From positions 14,756,001 to 14,820,000 of the forward strand of contig JBHGNT010000016.1 of the NCBI GenBank assembly GCA_043228905.1: a DNA stretch of 64,000 nucleotides, in the 5' to 3' direction. Of the stretch, positions 11,206 through 24,245 are shown piece after piece. Position 1 is the stretch's first letter, and each line of letters starts with the position of its first letter. A model generated the notes under the pieces. It saw nothing but the letters and a program-made list of their open reading frames with translations, was not told the DNA's origin and made no database searches. The stretch comes from Azolla caroliniana (taxonomy: Eukaryota > Plantae > Polypodiophyta). The translations under genes were made by a program, and so were the position numbers.

Positions 11206-12060
11206 GTTGAGCTTGAGGGGGAGTGTTGAGAAGCAAGCTCAACAAAGGTATGTGATGCTTATTGAGAAATAAGCTATAGTAGCTATTAGCTAATTAGCTA
11301 CTATTGGACATAAAGGTGAAATAGCTTTTAGCTATGCACAACTATTTAGCTACTGAAAGCTATTTAGCTATAGACAGCTAATTAGCTAATGGCAGCTAAT
11401 TAGCTGCATATATAAGTCACTTATATACTTAGGTAAAAAGTAAGTGTAGTAAGTAGAAGAGAGTAGTAGTGAGAGTAGTGTAGAGAGTTGTAAGAACAGA
11501 AAGAACAAAAAACAAACGAGAGCGAGTTGAGCTCTGCGTGTAATGAAGTAGAAGCTTTTGGATTGTGCAAAGGTAAGTCTCCTTCCCCTTCCCTTTTCTG
11601 TCTTGAGCACTAAACGATCCAGCACATCACGATCCGTTGTGCACACTGAAGAGCCGTAGCGCCTTCGTAACAACTTGGTCGACAGGAAGGTCTTCTGGAG
11701 TAGAGACATAGTCTTCATGGAAGACAAGACCATAGCCGACTAGGAATCAGAGAATAGAATAGTATCCTCTAGATCGATTAACAGAGAACGATTGCAAGAG
11801 GCAAGGACCCATCCGGTCAGAAGCCGGATGTTAGCTGAAAACCACAGAGAATTGTCTAGATCCAAACAAAGAATCGAAACGACCGAAGAAGAACTGGACA
11901 CCAGAACCAGAGAAGACCCTGAATTGAATTCAGATGAAGAATAGACGGAGGAACCAATTGTCGGAACTCAAGGATGGAGATATCCTCTCAGAGAGAGAAG
12001 AGCCCCCCGGAGATTTCCGGATACAGAGCACATATTGCTGACCGACGAAGGGGAGCAATC

Positions 12061-12600
12061 AAGCTCGAAGTGCCACAAGCACTATGGTCAGGCAAACAAC
12101 CGACCTACAAAAGGCTTCGAATTTTTGGATGTGAAGCTTACACATTCATCCCTAGGGAGAAGAGGACCAAGTTTGCACCCCATGCAACAAAGTGCATCTT
12201 TCTCGGTTATGGAACCGATGGGGATTTCAGCTATCAGGTATGGGACCCAGAGAATCGGAAATTGATCCAAAGTGGTGACGTAGTTTTCAATGAAGACTCT
12301 ATCCTCTCTGAACGGCACCAACAAAAAATAGTGGGCAAAATGGTCTCTTTCGAAATCGACAGAGAAGTCGTAGAAAGACCGACCCACCTGGACGAAGCGA
12401 AGATTCGACAAACAGTTAAACTCGACCAAGCCGACAATACACCTGTCGACTCCGAATCGGTAGGAGGTTCATGAGTCGAACTTGAAAACAAAGCCATCAA
12501 AGACAAAGTTGAATCGACAAGAGTCAAAAAAGGCAAAGTCGACAAGATGTGAGTCGGAAACAGAGTTGACCTGACCGAGACACCCAAGGCCAAAAGGAAA
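12061..12600 (+). pseudogene. Copia integrase C-terminal fragment of a different family fused to the preceding remnant
   Basis: RLRIFGCEAYTFIPREKRTKFAPHATKCIFLGYG; the same family occurs at ~34150-34213/39766. Confidence 0.75.
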
Positions 12601-14150
12601 AACAGATCCGAGTCATCTAAGTGTCTCCATCCCGAACAAGGGGAAAATGCGGTGACATCGCCAAAATCCTATCACAAGGGCGAGTCATCCAAAAGGACTC
12701 CTAACATAAGTGGTTCAACAAATGTTAGTCGACCGATAGAGACGATCGAAGGTAATTGTGTTGATGGTAATTGAACCTTGCAAATGCCATTCACTTCACA
12801 AATTTTGTAGGGGAGTTCTCAAAATGAAGAAGAGGAGAGCATTGTGGATACCTTGATAACTATGTGATATGTTCAAATTGATATATTAATGTTTACATCT
12901 AAGTTTGGCAATTTTGACAATTTATGAATATCGTCTACATTTTAGGAGTTATGAATTTATCAAAATTGTTTATGAATATTGTATACATTTCTTGAGTTGT
13001 GAATTTATGGATGCTTGTGAGCACTAAATTTATAGATGATGGCATTAAGGATTACAATGTTACCTCTTATACTTAAAACATTTTCAAGTCTAACAATAGA
13101 TGTAACTTCCACTTCTGGAACCTACATCTGCTCAAGATGGTGAAACCATTAATATTAACTTGTGCCTTGAGTTAACCATTGTGATTTTCTTTAAGTTAAC
13201 TACATTTCCTATCTGCAAACAATCAACGTTTAAAAATTTATTGAAAAACTATTCAATTTTAGAAATTATCATTTTGAAACTTGTTAAATCTCAAAAAAAT
13301 AGCAAATTTACATGCTATTTAAAACATGTGATATTGGTGTATCAAGTATTTGAAAATTGCCTAAAATCGCAAGATTATAAAAGGAATTTATAACTGGAAT
13401 GCACGATCCTTCCACTTGTGAATGCGAATGTGTTGGAGGGGAGGGAGCCCTAGATCTCCTTGATTCGGCCAATATAATCGGCCACAAACAGATCTTTCTA
13501 CTAGACGTTGCTGAGCTCCTGTCTGACCTGCATCTTTCTGGTTGTTGTGGTAGCGGCAAAAAATCCGTTTGAGATTCGCCCACAGATCTTTTGGCATTTT
13601 GGCGTCCCAGATGTAGCTCAAAAGTTGGTCCCTCACACAAGACACGTAGTAAATCACCCTGCTTGCCGCTTACTCCTAGGTCAGAATGTTTGTGTGTGTC
13701 GAATATGGGGTTGCATCGTTTGCTCCTTCGACGTAACCCTAGTATCCATGTTCCTGTTGTCTGAAGGAAAGGGGTTCGTCTGTGTATCGTCTTTCTCTTT
13801 TCGTGTCAGCTGCTAAGGATTCTCAACCCTCGCGCTCTGATACCATGTAAAAAGATATGCATGGAAGTATTATGCGAAACACAAAGTACACAGTTAGTTA
13901 TCTGAAACCACAACAGTTAGGTATACGCAAAGATATAGTGGGAGAGACAGAGTGAATAGACAAGAAAACTTTCTATTACAAAAATGACTCTGTACATGAA
14001 TGTGTTCAGAGGGTACTTTTTAAATATAGGCCCGAACAGAGGACTGATAAGTTCTAAGGGCTTGTCGGCTCCCCACTGATCTTCCTCTGATCTGGCTCTC
14101 GGCTTCTTCAGCTAATCCCGGCCTAAACAATTTGCCTTCGTTCGATCCGG

Positions 14151-15914
14151 TGTCGTGAAAATCCGTCACTATGTGCGGATCGTGAGGCGGAATCGCCGGG
14201 GTTATGGACGGGAAGGAAATAGGGCTCACACACACAACACAAGGAAGGCTTACACAAACAAGGCACGAGTATTCGAACGTGTTTGTGAAAAGGACAAGTG
14301 CATGGGCAAGCCCGAATCAACCCCTAGTCACAAGGCGAACAAATGCACATGAGGAAGGCTTACACACTGACACACAAGGAAAAGGCTTACTTACACACAC
14401 GAGAGATAGAGTTTCGAATGCCTTTGTGAAAAGAGAGGTGCATGGGCAAGCACGAACGCTCCCTTGTTACAAGACACGCAAACACACAAGCAAGGTTTAC
14501 ACACGGGAGACACAATTTCGAACGCCTTTGTGAAAGGAGAGGTGCATGGGCAAGCCCGAACGCTCCCTTGCCATAAGTCGCACGAACACACAAGCAAGGT
14601 TTACACACGAGAGACACAATTTCGAACGCCTTTGTGAAAGGAGAGGTGCATGGGCAAGCCCGAACGCTCCCTTCCCACAAGTCGCACGAGAGACACAATT
14701 TCGAACGCCTTTGTGAAAGGAGAGGTGCATGGGCAAGCCCGAACGCTCCCTTGCCATAAGTCGCACGAACACACAAGCAAGGTTTACACACGAGAGACAC
14801 AATTTCGAACGCCTTTGTGAAAGGAGAGGTGCATGGGCAAGCCCGAACGCTCCCTTGCCACAAGTCGCACGAACACACAAGAAAGATTTACACTAACACG
14901 CAAGACACAATTTTGAACACCTTTGTGAAAGGAGAGGTGCATGGGCAAGCCCGAACGCTCCCTTGCCACAAGTCGCACGAACACACAAGCAAGATTTACA
15001 CTAACATGCAAGACACGTAAGTTTGAATGCCTTTGTGAAAGGAGAGGTGCATGGGCAAGCTTGAAACGCTCCCTTGTCACAAGACACACAAACAAATAAG
15101 CACAAACGACGATAACATATAAGACACATAGGTTTGAATGCCTTTGTGAAAGGAGAAGTGCATGGGCAAGCTCAAAACGCTCCCTTGTCACAAGACACAC
15201 AAACAAATAAGCACAAATGACGATAACAAATCAGCACAATCAAGATTTACACATAAGACAAGTAGATGAAAGAAAAAATTAGTTTATATCAATATAATAG
15301 ATTCTTTTATAATATAAGAATCATGTTACAATGGGTTGGATTCGAATATGAAGGATTGTTTATAAAGGAATGGGGGAAGAGAGGTGGAGGAAAGAAGAGA
15401 GTGGAGTATAGAAGGAGTTTCTTTGTTGATGATGCCTCTCGATGTTGTTGATCCTTCTTCTTCCACTTTCCAATTGACTAGATCTTCCGCGTTCCTTCTC
15501 CCTCCCCCCCCCCTTTCTACACTAGAATAGGCTCTTATTTATAGGTTTAGGATTGCTTGCCTTTTCCCCCTAAAAAAAAGCTTGTCTATATGAGTCAACT
15601 TTTCTTTTCCTCACTATTTCTGTTTTCTAGCATCAAATTTCACATGCAAGATATTCTTCGAAAGCTCTTTAGGTTAGCTTTGTTATGCATCTTTTCTTTT
15701 CTAATTTGGACATTTGACGAGGAAATTATGAGCCTTTTACTCGACCTTGCTCCTCATATCCACGACTAGCTTTTCTTTTCCCACCTTTTTCTCTAATTTT
15801 GTCTACTTTCGAAAACCTCTTCTAACTTTTTATCCTTTCATTTATTACTATAGTTGACTTAAGAAAATTAGTTTATTTAGACCACAATTTTATTCTCTCA
15901 TAAACATCACGACA
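14151..15914 (-). mobile_element. Solo LTR (1.76 kb) with an internal tandem array
   Basis: Termini TGTCGTGA...TCACGACA (8-bp perfect inverted), 4-bp TSD ccgg/ccag, minus-strand TATA (ctataaataag) at ~15535-15545, no coding sequence. Confidence 0.8.
14230..15240. repeat. Tandem array, about 9 units of mostly 104-111 bp
   Basis: Core ctttgtgaaaggagaggtgcatgggcaagcccgaacgctcccttg recurs near 14281, 14421, 14525, 14629, 14708, 14812, 14920, 15030, 15141. Confidence 0.95.
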
Positions 15915-15968
15915 CCAGCTTCCAGCTTCTTCAATTGATCAAGACCATGTTAACCTTGTCACTCAACA

Positions 15969-16696
15969 CGATGGTGCTCGGCCTTTGGTCACTCGACATC
16001 TCAAGCTTGAGGAGGATGGAAGCTGAAAAACGAAAACTGAAAGTCGTGGAGGAAGCGGTGGAAGCTGGATAAGAGCCGACACGAACCGAAAGCCGAAAAG
16101 AGACGAAAACTAGACAAGGGACGACAAGAGCCATAGTCGACAATTGGTAAAGCCGAAGCCGACCGAAAGCTAAAAGTCAAACACCACACTTGAGCTTGAA
16201 TGGGCGTGTTGAGATATCAAGCTCAACTAGGTTCGGTCATTTTGTCAATCATGTAATTTAGTAGTTACATAGATAGATAGATATAGTTGGTATGTTGACT
16301 AAGTCTTAAATAAGTTTTGTACTTAAACTTAAGTGGGATACATTCTAGATTACACCATAGTACCTATATTTTCTTGCCACATGTGTACCCTTGCACATGA
16401 GATGTATATATACCGCATTGTGGGTATTTTTTTAACTTGATGTGTTTTAATATAAGAAATAGTTCTTAAGCTACACTCTTGTTAGTCATCCCCCATTTTA
16501 ATCGTTCATAAGTGTAATTCCTATCTCCCATTTTAACTTCCTCTCTCTCACACACACACATCCACACACATATCATTTAGTCTTCCATTATTTGATCACA
16601 TATGTGATTAACTACTCACATGAATAAACATTAATTATCCCATAGTTAATTACCTAATTATTAATACCTATCTTCATATCCAGTTTTTTATCAACA
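15969..16696 (+). mobile_element. 3' end of a copia element with 3' LTR 16207-16696
   Basis: Degenerate PPT ttgagcttgaatgggcg, then TGTTGAG...TCAACA; LTR is homologous to the minus-strand LTR 54089-54483. Confidence 0.7.
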
Positions 16697-17419
16697 CTTT
16701 GCTCCGATACATTTAAGGATTATAAGTTGTCCATGTATATAATGAAGTAGCTCTTGTCAGATATTATATCTGTATGTCTTATTAGTGTAAGCCTTTTAAT
16801 TAAGTTGTGACTCTAGGTTATGGAAATGATGTGTGTTACGAGAGACGCTCGAAAATGCATGGAGAGATGAACATTGAAATGTGGAAATTGGTATGATACT
16901 TAGATGCGGGAGGATCTGTTGATATGTTGATGAGAATGCCTCGGAAGGTCATGCCATAGATACTTCGTCTAGGGACTTGCAAACAACCGTTTCCCGGTTT
17001 GTAAATCTACAAGATCAAATCAACGCAATCACAAATGGGTGCAGTGAGTGATGCGTTGCGAGTTACAACCGTATAACCTTGTTTAATGGACATGTTCTCC
17101 TTTAGTAATATAATCTAATTTGTTGTAGTGCTTAAAACGTTCCACTTTAAATAATTATGCTCAGAGACCTAGAAAAGAAAGATATATTAATGTCTTCTAA
17201 GACCAAAATTGGCCAAGAGAGAGAGGGGGGGGGGGGGGGGTATAAAGAGCAATTAATTATTAGTTGGAGGATGACCATAAAAAAGCTTAGGAGGCGGATG
17301 ACAAAAAGGTTTTTGGCAGTTGGGCTGGCTTTGACTGGCCAAGGCCGCAGGACAGGACAATTATCACAGACACAACTATGAGTATCTAATTACGAGAGGG
17401 TTGGGGTGTCCTAGGCTAC

Positions 17420-17686
17420 CTAGGCGTATGCATCGAATGCCCAGGAGTAGATGACCGCGCCTTCCACAAGGCCCCCAGTGGAGGCGGAGATGCCCACGTA
17501 AATGGACTCGCCGCCACCGAATATGGCGGAGAGGTCGTAGTTAGAGAGCAGGAGGGGCGGGCGAGACGTGGGGACCTTGGAGCACACACTCTTACTCTGA
17601 CTACAGTTGTCCAGCCACACGCGGATCTCATGATCATTGGATGCATCATACTCGATCCACGCCCGGAATACATAATCACCGTACAA
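17420..17686 (-). pseudogene. C-terminal half of a legume (L-type) lectin domain; isolated exon or gene fragment
   Basis: RAWIEYD...PPLLLSNYDLSAIF...IYVGISASTGGLVEGAVIYSWAF* matches the lectin_legB C-terminal pattern (AWIDYD; DLS; YVGFSASTG; SWSF). There is an upstream in-frame stop and no N-terminal half is found. Confidence 0.8.
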
Positions 17687-18085
17687 GTAGAATGGTAACC
17701 CATGTTGTTTTTATACATGCTAACCACATGGCATATATGGAGGCGGAGCATCTGCACCAAGTTATGGTCTTAAGTGCCTCTCTTCATGATATTTCACCCC
17801 ACCTTTTAAGTGTGTTATTCTCCAAAAACATCAATAGTTTACATATGCAACATTGTTCATTTACTAGAGTTTCAATATAACTTAAGCAAAGAAGTTGCTC
17901 ATTTCTACTCGTGAGAACTTTGAAATATGTGATTAGTTATGCCAAGTTGTAGCTACATACTATTTCAACATTTATAAAACATTGTTTGAATTTTCCCCCC
18001 CTCTATCTGCAATTCAACAATGAAAGAATAATTTCTTCTTGCTTCATCACCCAAGACACAACTCTTTATAGGTACTCCTTACTAG

Positions 18086-18739
18086 TGTTGGGCAAAGTCC
18101 TAGGAATAGTGTCAACGTTCCGGTTACATTGGGACTTTTACTGGCCAATGTGGGCGACAACCAGAATTGATTCCGGCCAGGTTCTCTGGCCAACCAGAAT
18201 CTAGCCGGTTCATATTTTTTGAACCGGCTATTTATATAGTTTGTGTAAAAATAAAGGTAGAAAAAAATACTTTTCCCCATTTCCCCCTCATTTTTTTGTT
18301 TCAATTTCCCACTCTTTCTGTTTTTTCTCTCTATGCATGTGTCTATATGCATTTTTCTTGCTCGCTGATCATTGCTCCTTCCTCATTGATCATTGCTCTT
18401 GAGTCCTTCCTCACTGATCGTTGCTCGTTAGTTGTTGCTCCTTCCTCATTGATCATTGCTCTTGAGTCCCTCCTCACTGATCGTTGCTCCTTCCTCGTTG
18501 ATCCTTCCTTGCGGCTCAAGGTGGGCGTCTTGTAGTTGCTGCTTCTCTAGAAGAGCTCAAGTTGGTCGTCTTGGAGTCTCTTGTTGTATTCCTTTCATAT
18601 CATAGTGATTTAGCTTGGAGTCCCTCTTAAGGTTTTCCACGTTAACATCCTGTGTCGCTTTGTCTCTGTGTATGCAATATTCAGATTTTCCATCCTGTGC
18701 TTGAATCTCGGGTGAGGCCGAGACCCATTTTTCTCATCA
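18086..18739 (+). mobile_element. Isolated Tork-like copia LTR, approximate ends
   Basis: TGTTGG start, ...CATCA end, ctatttatatag TATA, ggttttccacgttaacatcc motif as in the LTRs of C/D, ~63-bp tandem duplication at 18358-18483; no matching TSD. Confidence 0.5.
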
Positions 18740-20289
18740 AAGAGGCTATTATTGTAAATATCGTATAGTACTATTATTTAGTATTTTTAATCATGAAAAT
18801 AATAATAATAAATAAATAAAGCAGAAAACTTTTCTTGGCATATATACTTCTTGGCACTACCACTTTTAAAACTATATATAGAAGCAAACACCATCATTAA
18901 AAATCATTTATAGCAAGTGGCTCTCGAAGACACCATTAAAACAAAAGATTCTATTCTTAAAAGATGTTTTTATCTCGAGACAAGGGCCACCTCTTCACCA
19001 ATACAAAATCCTCTTCTTCTCATTTCCCTGACATAGAAAAGCTAAAAGAAGCACAAAACATAGCACATAGAACACATAGAGAACTCAAATTTTCCCACTC
19101 TTACGCAAAAAACAATACTCTCACATCAGAAGACGAAGAAGAGATGTTGATCGAAGTATTTGAGCATTTGAGAGCCTAGCTACAGAAAAATAGCTTGGGA
19201 GGTTTCTTATGAGTAGTAGATGCCCATCCTCATGTGCAGGCTATGGAGGTTGCTACACAAATTAATGTCGACAAACTTACAAACAACCAAATCCTGAATC
19301 TAGAAAATGATGGAGCCACTGATATGGATGTAGTGGAGAAGCAGATACTCGACTCTTATTTTGGGGAATACTTGTCGTTGACCAAAGCATACAGGACTCA
19401 GGGAGTTCTTGATCTTTTTCCTCAGAGAAGTGGCCAAATTCTTGTAAGAGGTTGCTTGCATGAACCCAAAGACTTATTGTATGCTGAAAAACAAGGCGGG
19501 GTTTATTATAGCAACATCCAAAGGGAATAAAATCGACTAGCAGTTCATCACAACAACAGCCCTTCAAGCACATTTGATGGCCATTACGAGAGGGGGAAAG
19601 TCATGATTCCGGACATTGCACAATGGCTGACCCTATTTTGCCCCATGTCGTTGCCCATACAGAGAAGTAAGGACCTAGAGAAGAAAGGGGCAGTCGTTCC
19701 AATGATTGTTGAAACAATCAGCAAGAAGACAATTGTTACCAGGGCCACATGTGGAGTGGCAAGAACCACAAGCAATAGAGGGCCAACCAACCACAAGGGT
19801 CGAGGTAGAAAAATTGAAGCAAAAACTTCAACACTCAATGATATACACAACAAGAATCGAGTCGACAAGGACAAGACCCGACTCTGACCCAACAACCCCA
19901 TCCTCCCCAAGAGACAAGTCGGTTGACTTCACATGAAGTCGGCAGAACACGAAAGTCGACATACAACACAAATGGTTGATCAAGATTTGACCATGAGAAC
20001 AGAATCAGAGGCCAAATCGAACCAAGCAAAGAAGAAGTATAGAAAATTAATGAAGAAGCAACAAACTAATCAAGAAGAAGTCACGACCACCACACAAGCG
20101 TGGGAAGTTGAATATCTGACTACACTAACACACGTCAAAGAAAAAGGAAAGTCCTCAACAGCAACTGCATAGGATGTTTTGACAATGCTAGATATCCTAC
20201 CAGCAACCCATGAATTTAAAGAGCTGACACACCTAGATCTACCTCATAGAGAAGAAGAGTGATGTCTTTAATTGTTTCTAGAACTTAAA

Positions 20290-21991
20290 GAGCTTGGTGG
20301 AATGCGAAACATAGAGGAAGATCAAGTGTTTGCAGTTGGATGGTGGAAAAGAATATTTTTCCAGCTAGTTCAACTATTATCTACAACAGATAGGAATTTA
20401 GCGTGAATTCAGTTGTACATATACACCAGAGTAGAACGACGTAGCCGAAAGAAGGAACCGATCAATCATGGAAGCGGCACGGGCAATGCTGGAAGAGAAG
20501 AGCATGCCTTAGTGGGCTGAAGTGGTTTAGATGATAGTATACATCCAGAATCAGATTGGAGAAAAGTGTTGAATACGGGTTTCCAATGGACGTATTCACA
20601 TTGTCTCCTTTTGAACACATTAGACTTAGTCTATTTATGTAAACAGTGAGAAGGGCAGTTGCCCTAAGTTAGTCACTATATAAACTGATTTTGTAACCTA
20701 GTTACAGGTTGGTTGCTCATTTTGTAAAAGTTGTAATAAACTCCGTTGACATTGTGCCTACTTGTCTCTTACTCTCTCTCTTGCGTACTAGCTATTTTAT
20801 TTTCTGTCTTTGCTACCATCAAAGCTATGATCTTGCATCCATTTACAATCTTATCTTAGAAGAGTGTTGATCTTGTTCCACATTAGAAGACGGCGTTCCC
20901 AACAAAAAGGTGCCAACACATGAGCTGTATTTTGCATGCAAGCCGAATTTGAAGCACCTAAGGGTATTCGATAACATTCCATATGTGCATGTGCCAGATG
21001 AGAAGTGGAAGAAGCTGGACACCAAGGTAGAAAAGTATATATTGGTTGACTACTGGCATGAGCAAAAAGGCTACACGTGTTACAATCCCCGGATGAAGCA
21101 AGTGCGAGTGAGTTGCGACGTCGTCTTCGACAAATCAAAGTCTTGGTATTCCCTTCCATCTCCAACTCCCGATGACCCCATACCGATTACTGAGGATGAG
21201 GCCAGTGAGGCCGAGATGATTCGGGAAGAAGAAGAGGAAGATGTTGGCACTCTAGAAGAGAGTCCAATTTCATTCCGGCTAAGTGGCCCAAATGAAGAGC
21301 TAGTTGGTATGACCAGATGAATGAAGAGTCGGTAGCAGTGAAGACTTGGTTGTGCACTCCCCGTGCAAGGAACTGAGGAGAGGGTACACACGCGAGAAAG
21401 GGAAGATGAAGATGTCGGAGTACGGCGGCATAGACAGAGGTGCATCAGCTCAAGGATAATCTGACACCAACCAAAGCGAAGACGGACCTCAAGAGTTGAG
21501 GTTGGATGCGGCCAAAAGGGCCTTGAAATCGGAAAATGTGAAGTTACGCTAATCCACTCGCCAAAATACCCCGATGATCTAGTACATATACAATGAATAC
21601 ATGGTGCAGCATTATGCGTAGATGACAAAAGTGGCAGAAGTCCACGAGCCGGAGAGCTATGCGGAGGCATCGTAGGATGCCAGATGGCGATCAACCATGG
21701 AGGAAGAAATGCAGGCACTAGTTGCCAACAAGACATGGGATTTGTTTGACCCTCCCCGACATTGCAAACCGATCAGATGTAAATGAGTATACAAAGTGAA
21801 GTATAACGTTGACAGGGTCAACCGATACAATGCCCGATTACAGGCCAAGGGATGCACGCAGACCCACGACATGGACTATGAGGAGACCTTCGCACCGGTG
21901 GCGAAGATGGTGATAGTCCGTGTGGTGTTGACGATAGCAGCAACAAGCGGGTGGGATCTCCACCATATTGATGTTAAGAACGCGTTCCTTC
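20290..21991 (+). pseudogene. Decayed copia integrase-RT fragment, related to the 34214 element
   Basis: DGGKEYF, NRSIMEAARAMLEEKS, LRVFDNIPYVHVP, DYEETFAPVAKM, IDVKNAFL; truncated at 21991. Confidence 0.85.
20567..20904 (+). mobile_element. Solo LTR, same family as the 26396-33356 element
   Basis: TGTTGAATACGGG...CCCAACA with TSD AAAAG at 20562-20566/20905-20909. Confidence 0.92.
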
Positions 21992-24245
21992 TGGTGGATA
22001 TGGTGTTCATTATGTATGTCGAAGTATGTGAGGACCTGTAGATTATGTGCACAGAAAACAATATAGGGAGTATGGTAGAGGAAAAATGATGGAAACGTAG
22101 ACACAGTTCAAGCTCTAATGGAAGCTCTCGTTATTCTGTAACTCTTACACTCACAAAGACTCGAGATACCATAAGTTATCATTATAGTGTTAGGTTAGAG
22201 CTTATATACTATGCCCTAACTATTTGGGCGTGTTCACACTAAGATACAAAGTGGAAGGAGTCAGTCTTTTATGCCAACAAACTCCCCCGTAAAAGGACTA
22301 CTCTTTCCTACGTATACAAGTGATTTGGGGTTATCTCCCCCATAAAACTAGACTATAAAATTAATCTAAATTTATGTTACATGTCAATTAGCATATAGCC
22401 ACGCCGGCAAAGGTAAAGTTGATGTCCAATGTGGTTCAGCTAGTCTCAAGATTCGGCTGATTTGAGTCGGTCAAATTGTCTTTCAATCGAATCAGTCCAA
22501 TTGTCGAAGTTGGCTTGTATCCGATTCTCAATTTCAGCCTTGTGTCGATTGTTTGTTGTCCGCTCGTCCTTGCTCTTGTGCTCCTTGTTGGATCCTTGAT
22601 TTGTATCCAAGTTCGTTCACCGCTCAATCATTCCTTTCTAATTAGTATCCTCGCTCAGTATTGTTTCTTCAGTCCCTTGTGTTTCCGCAATTGTGGGCTT
22701 CACTTCTCTAGCGAGTCTGTTCGGGTCGGTTTTTTACTTTTGCTCCTTGTTTGGCTACCTTCTACTCGGTCGCTTGTTGTAGTCCCATCTTTGTCCTTAG
22801 TGCTCCGAAGCGTTGATCTGGGAGTGGCTTTGTCAGGCAATCGGCGATGTTCACCTCGGTGTCGATCTTCCAAACGTCGAGCTTCTTCTCTGTTTTGAGC
22901 TCCCGGATATGATGAAATCATACCCCAATATGTTTCTTCTTCGCGTGATAGACTAGGTTCCGAATGAGGTGTATTGCACTTTGTGAGTCACAATAGATGG
23001 TCAGCGCTTGATGGTCGATTCGACTTGTAACTAAGAAGTTAGCTAACAATTGGTGCAGCCAGATTACTTCCTTTGTTGCTTCTGATGTTGCTATGTACTT
23101 GGCCTCTGTGGTAAATAGGGCCATGCACTCCTAAAGCTTCGACCTCGATGATATGGCACCGCCGCCATACGTAAAAACATAACCTGATGTCGACTTCTTA
23201 TTGTCTGTATTTCCGGCATAGTCAGAGTTAGTATAACCTTCGACTTTGGTCGGGTTTGCCGATCCGAAAGTCGTTTGTGCATCTCCAGCCCCTCTTAGGT
23301 ACCTAAAGATGTGCTTGACGGCCTCCCAATGCTTCCGTCCTAGGTTTGACATGTACCGGCTGACGACCCCTTTGCCATATGCTAGGTTGGGTCGGGTCGC
23401 CACCATCGTATACATGATATTCCTATGGCGGATGCATAGGGTTATCTTTCCATTGAGCTCTCTCTCTTCATCAATCAAAGGAGAGTCTTTGTCCGATAGT
23501 CGAATTGACATCGGAAGCAGTGTTGGTGTTGGCTTCACATTCTCCTTGTTGAAGCGCTTCAACACTTTGCAGATGTAGTCGGACTGGGAGAGTCAGTGAG
23601 TCTTTGTTGTCCGATTTCGCTCTATCCTCATACCCAATATGTTTCGGGCTTGTCTGAGTTCCTTCATCACAAACTTGTCGTGAAGGCTTCGTTTTAGCTT
23701 TCCGATTTCGGCTTGATAAATCTGAGACTCGTCGACATATAAGATCAGATAGATCCAGACTCATCGGCCAATTGTAGAGTGTATAAACATGGGTCAGAGT
23801 CGGACCAACAATAACCAAGCTGCCTGATGTAGGAGTCGAACTTCTAGTACCACATCCTCGGCTCTTGTTTTAAGCCATAGAGGCTTTTCTTCAATTGGCA
23901 TACGAGGTTACCTTCCTGCCCTGTCATCCTGAATCTTGCCGATTGAGACATGTAGATGTCTTCTTCTAGTTCTTCGTGTAGGAATGTAGTCTTGACGTCC
24001 ATCTACTCAAGCTTTAGGTATTATGTCACCACGATTCCAAGTAAGAGCCGGAGGGTGTTCATCTTGATTACTGGCGATTATATATCATCGTAGTCGACCC
24101 TATGTTCTTGTTTGAACCCTTTGGCAACAAGCCGAACTTTGTATTTGGGTTTTCTGAGTCAGATACATATTTGTATCTAAAAACCCATTTGCAAAGCAGC
24201 AACTTCCTTCCTACTGGTAGTTCGACCAACTTCCATGTAATGTTC
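21992..24245 (-). mobile_element. 3' half of a decayed copia element: RT, RNase H, long 3' UTR, 3' LTR ~21992-22279
   Basis: Minus-strand TRPNL, YCDSQSAIHL, HAKKKHI; PPT complement aactcccccg at ~22279-22289; LTR and UTR match 53850-54088. Confidence 0.8.

Larger units (their letters stand above)
994..11672 (+). mobile_element. Full-length but decayed Ty1/copia LTR retrotransposon (element A)
   Basis: LTRs 994-1425 and 11224-11672 (TGTTG...TAACA), TSD ACTTG at 989-993/11673-11677, PBS tggtatcagagc 1426-1437, PPT gagggggag before 11224. Confidence 0.95.
845..12060 (+). pseudogene. Ty1/copia integrase C-terminal remnant (845-993 and 11678-~12060), split by the 994-11672 insertion
   Basis: VSYQPLKVFGCLAYVHV...GYQVWDL continues after the TSD as VDRKVFWSRDIVFMEDKT...EHILLTDEGE; similar to the 5045/26655 family. 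Confidence 0.8.
13390..15968 (-). mobile_element. 5' end of a copia element: 5' LTR (13847-15968, interrupted by 14151-15914), PBS and gag start
   Basis: Reverse-complement PBS gctctgatacca 13835-13846; gag remnant SCVRDQLLSYIWDAKMPKDLWANLKRIF; LTR start resembles that of the 34214 element. Confidence 0.8.

Noticed and set aside
12600-13390. AT-rich segment as a possible gene or DNA transposon
   Set aside because: No supportable motif, terminal repeat or ORF.
14230-15240. CRISPR-like array
   Set aside because: Inter-core segments are homologous to each other rather than unique spacers; no cas genes; lies within a eukaryotic LTR.
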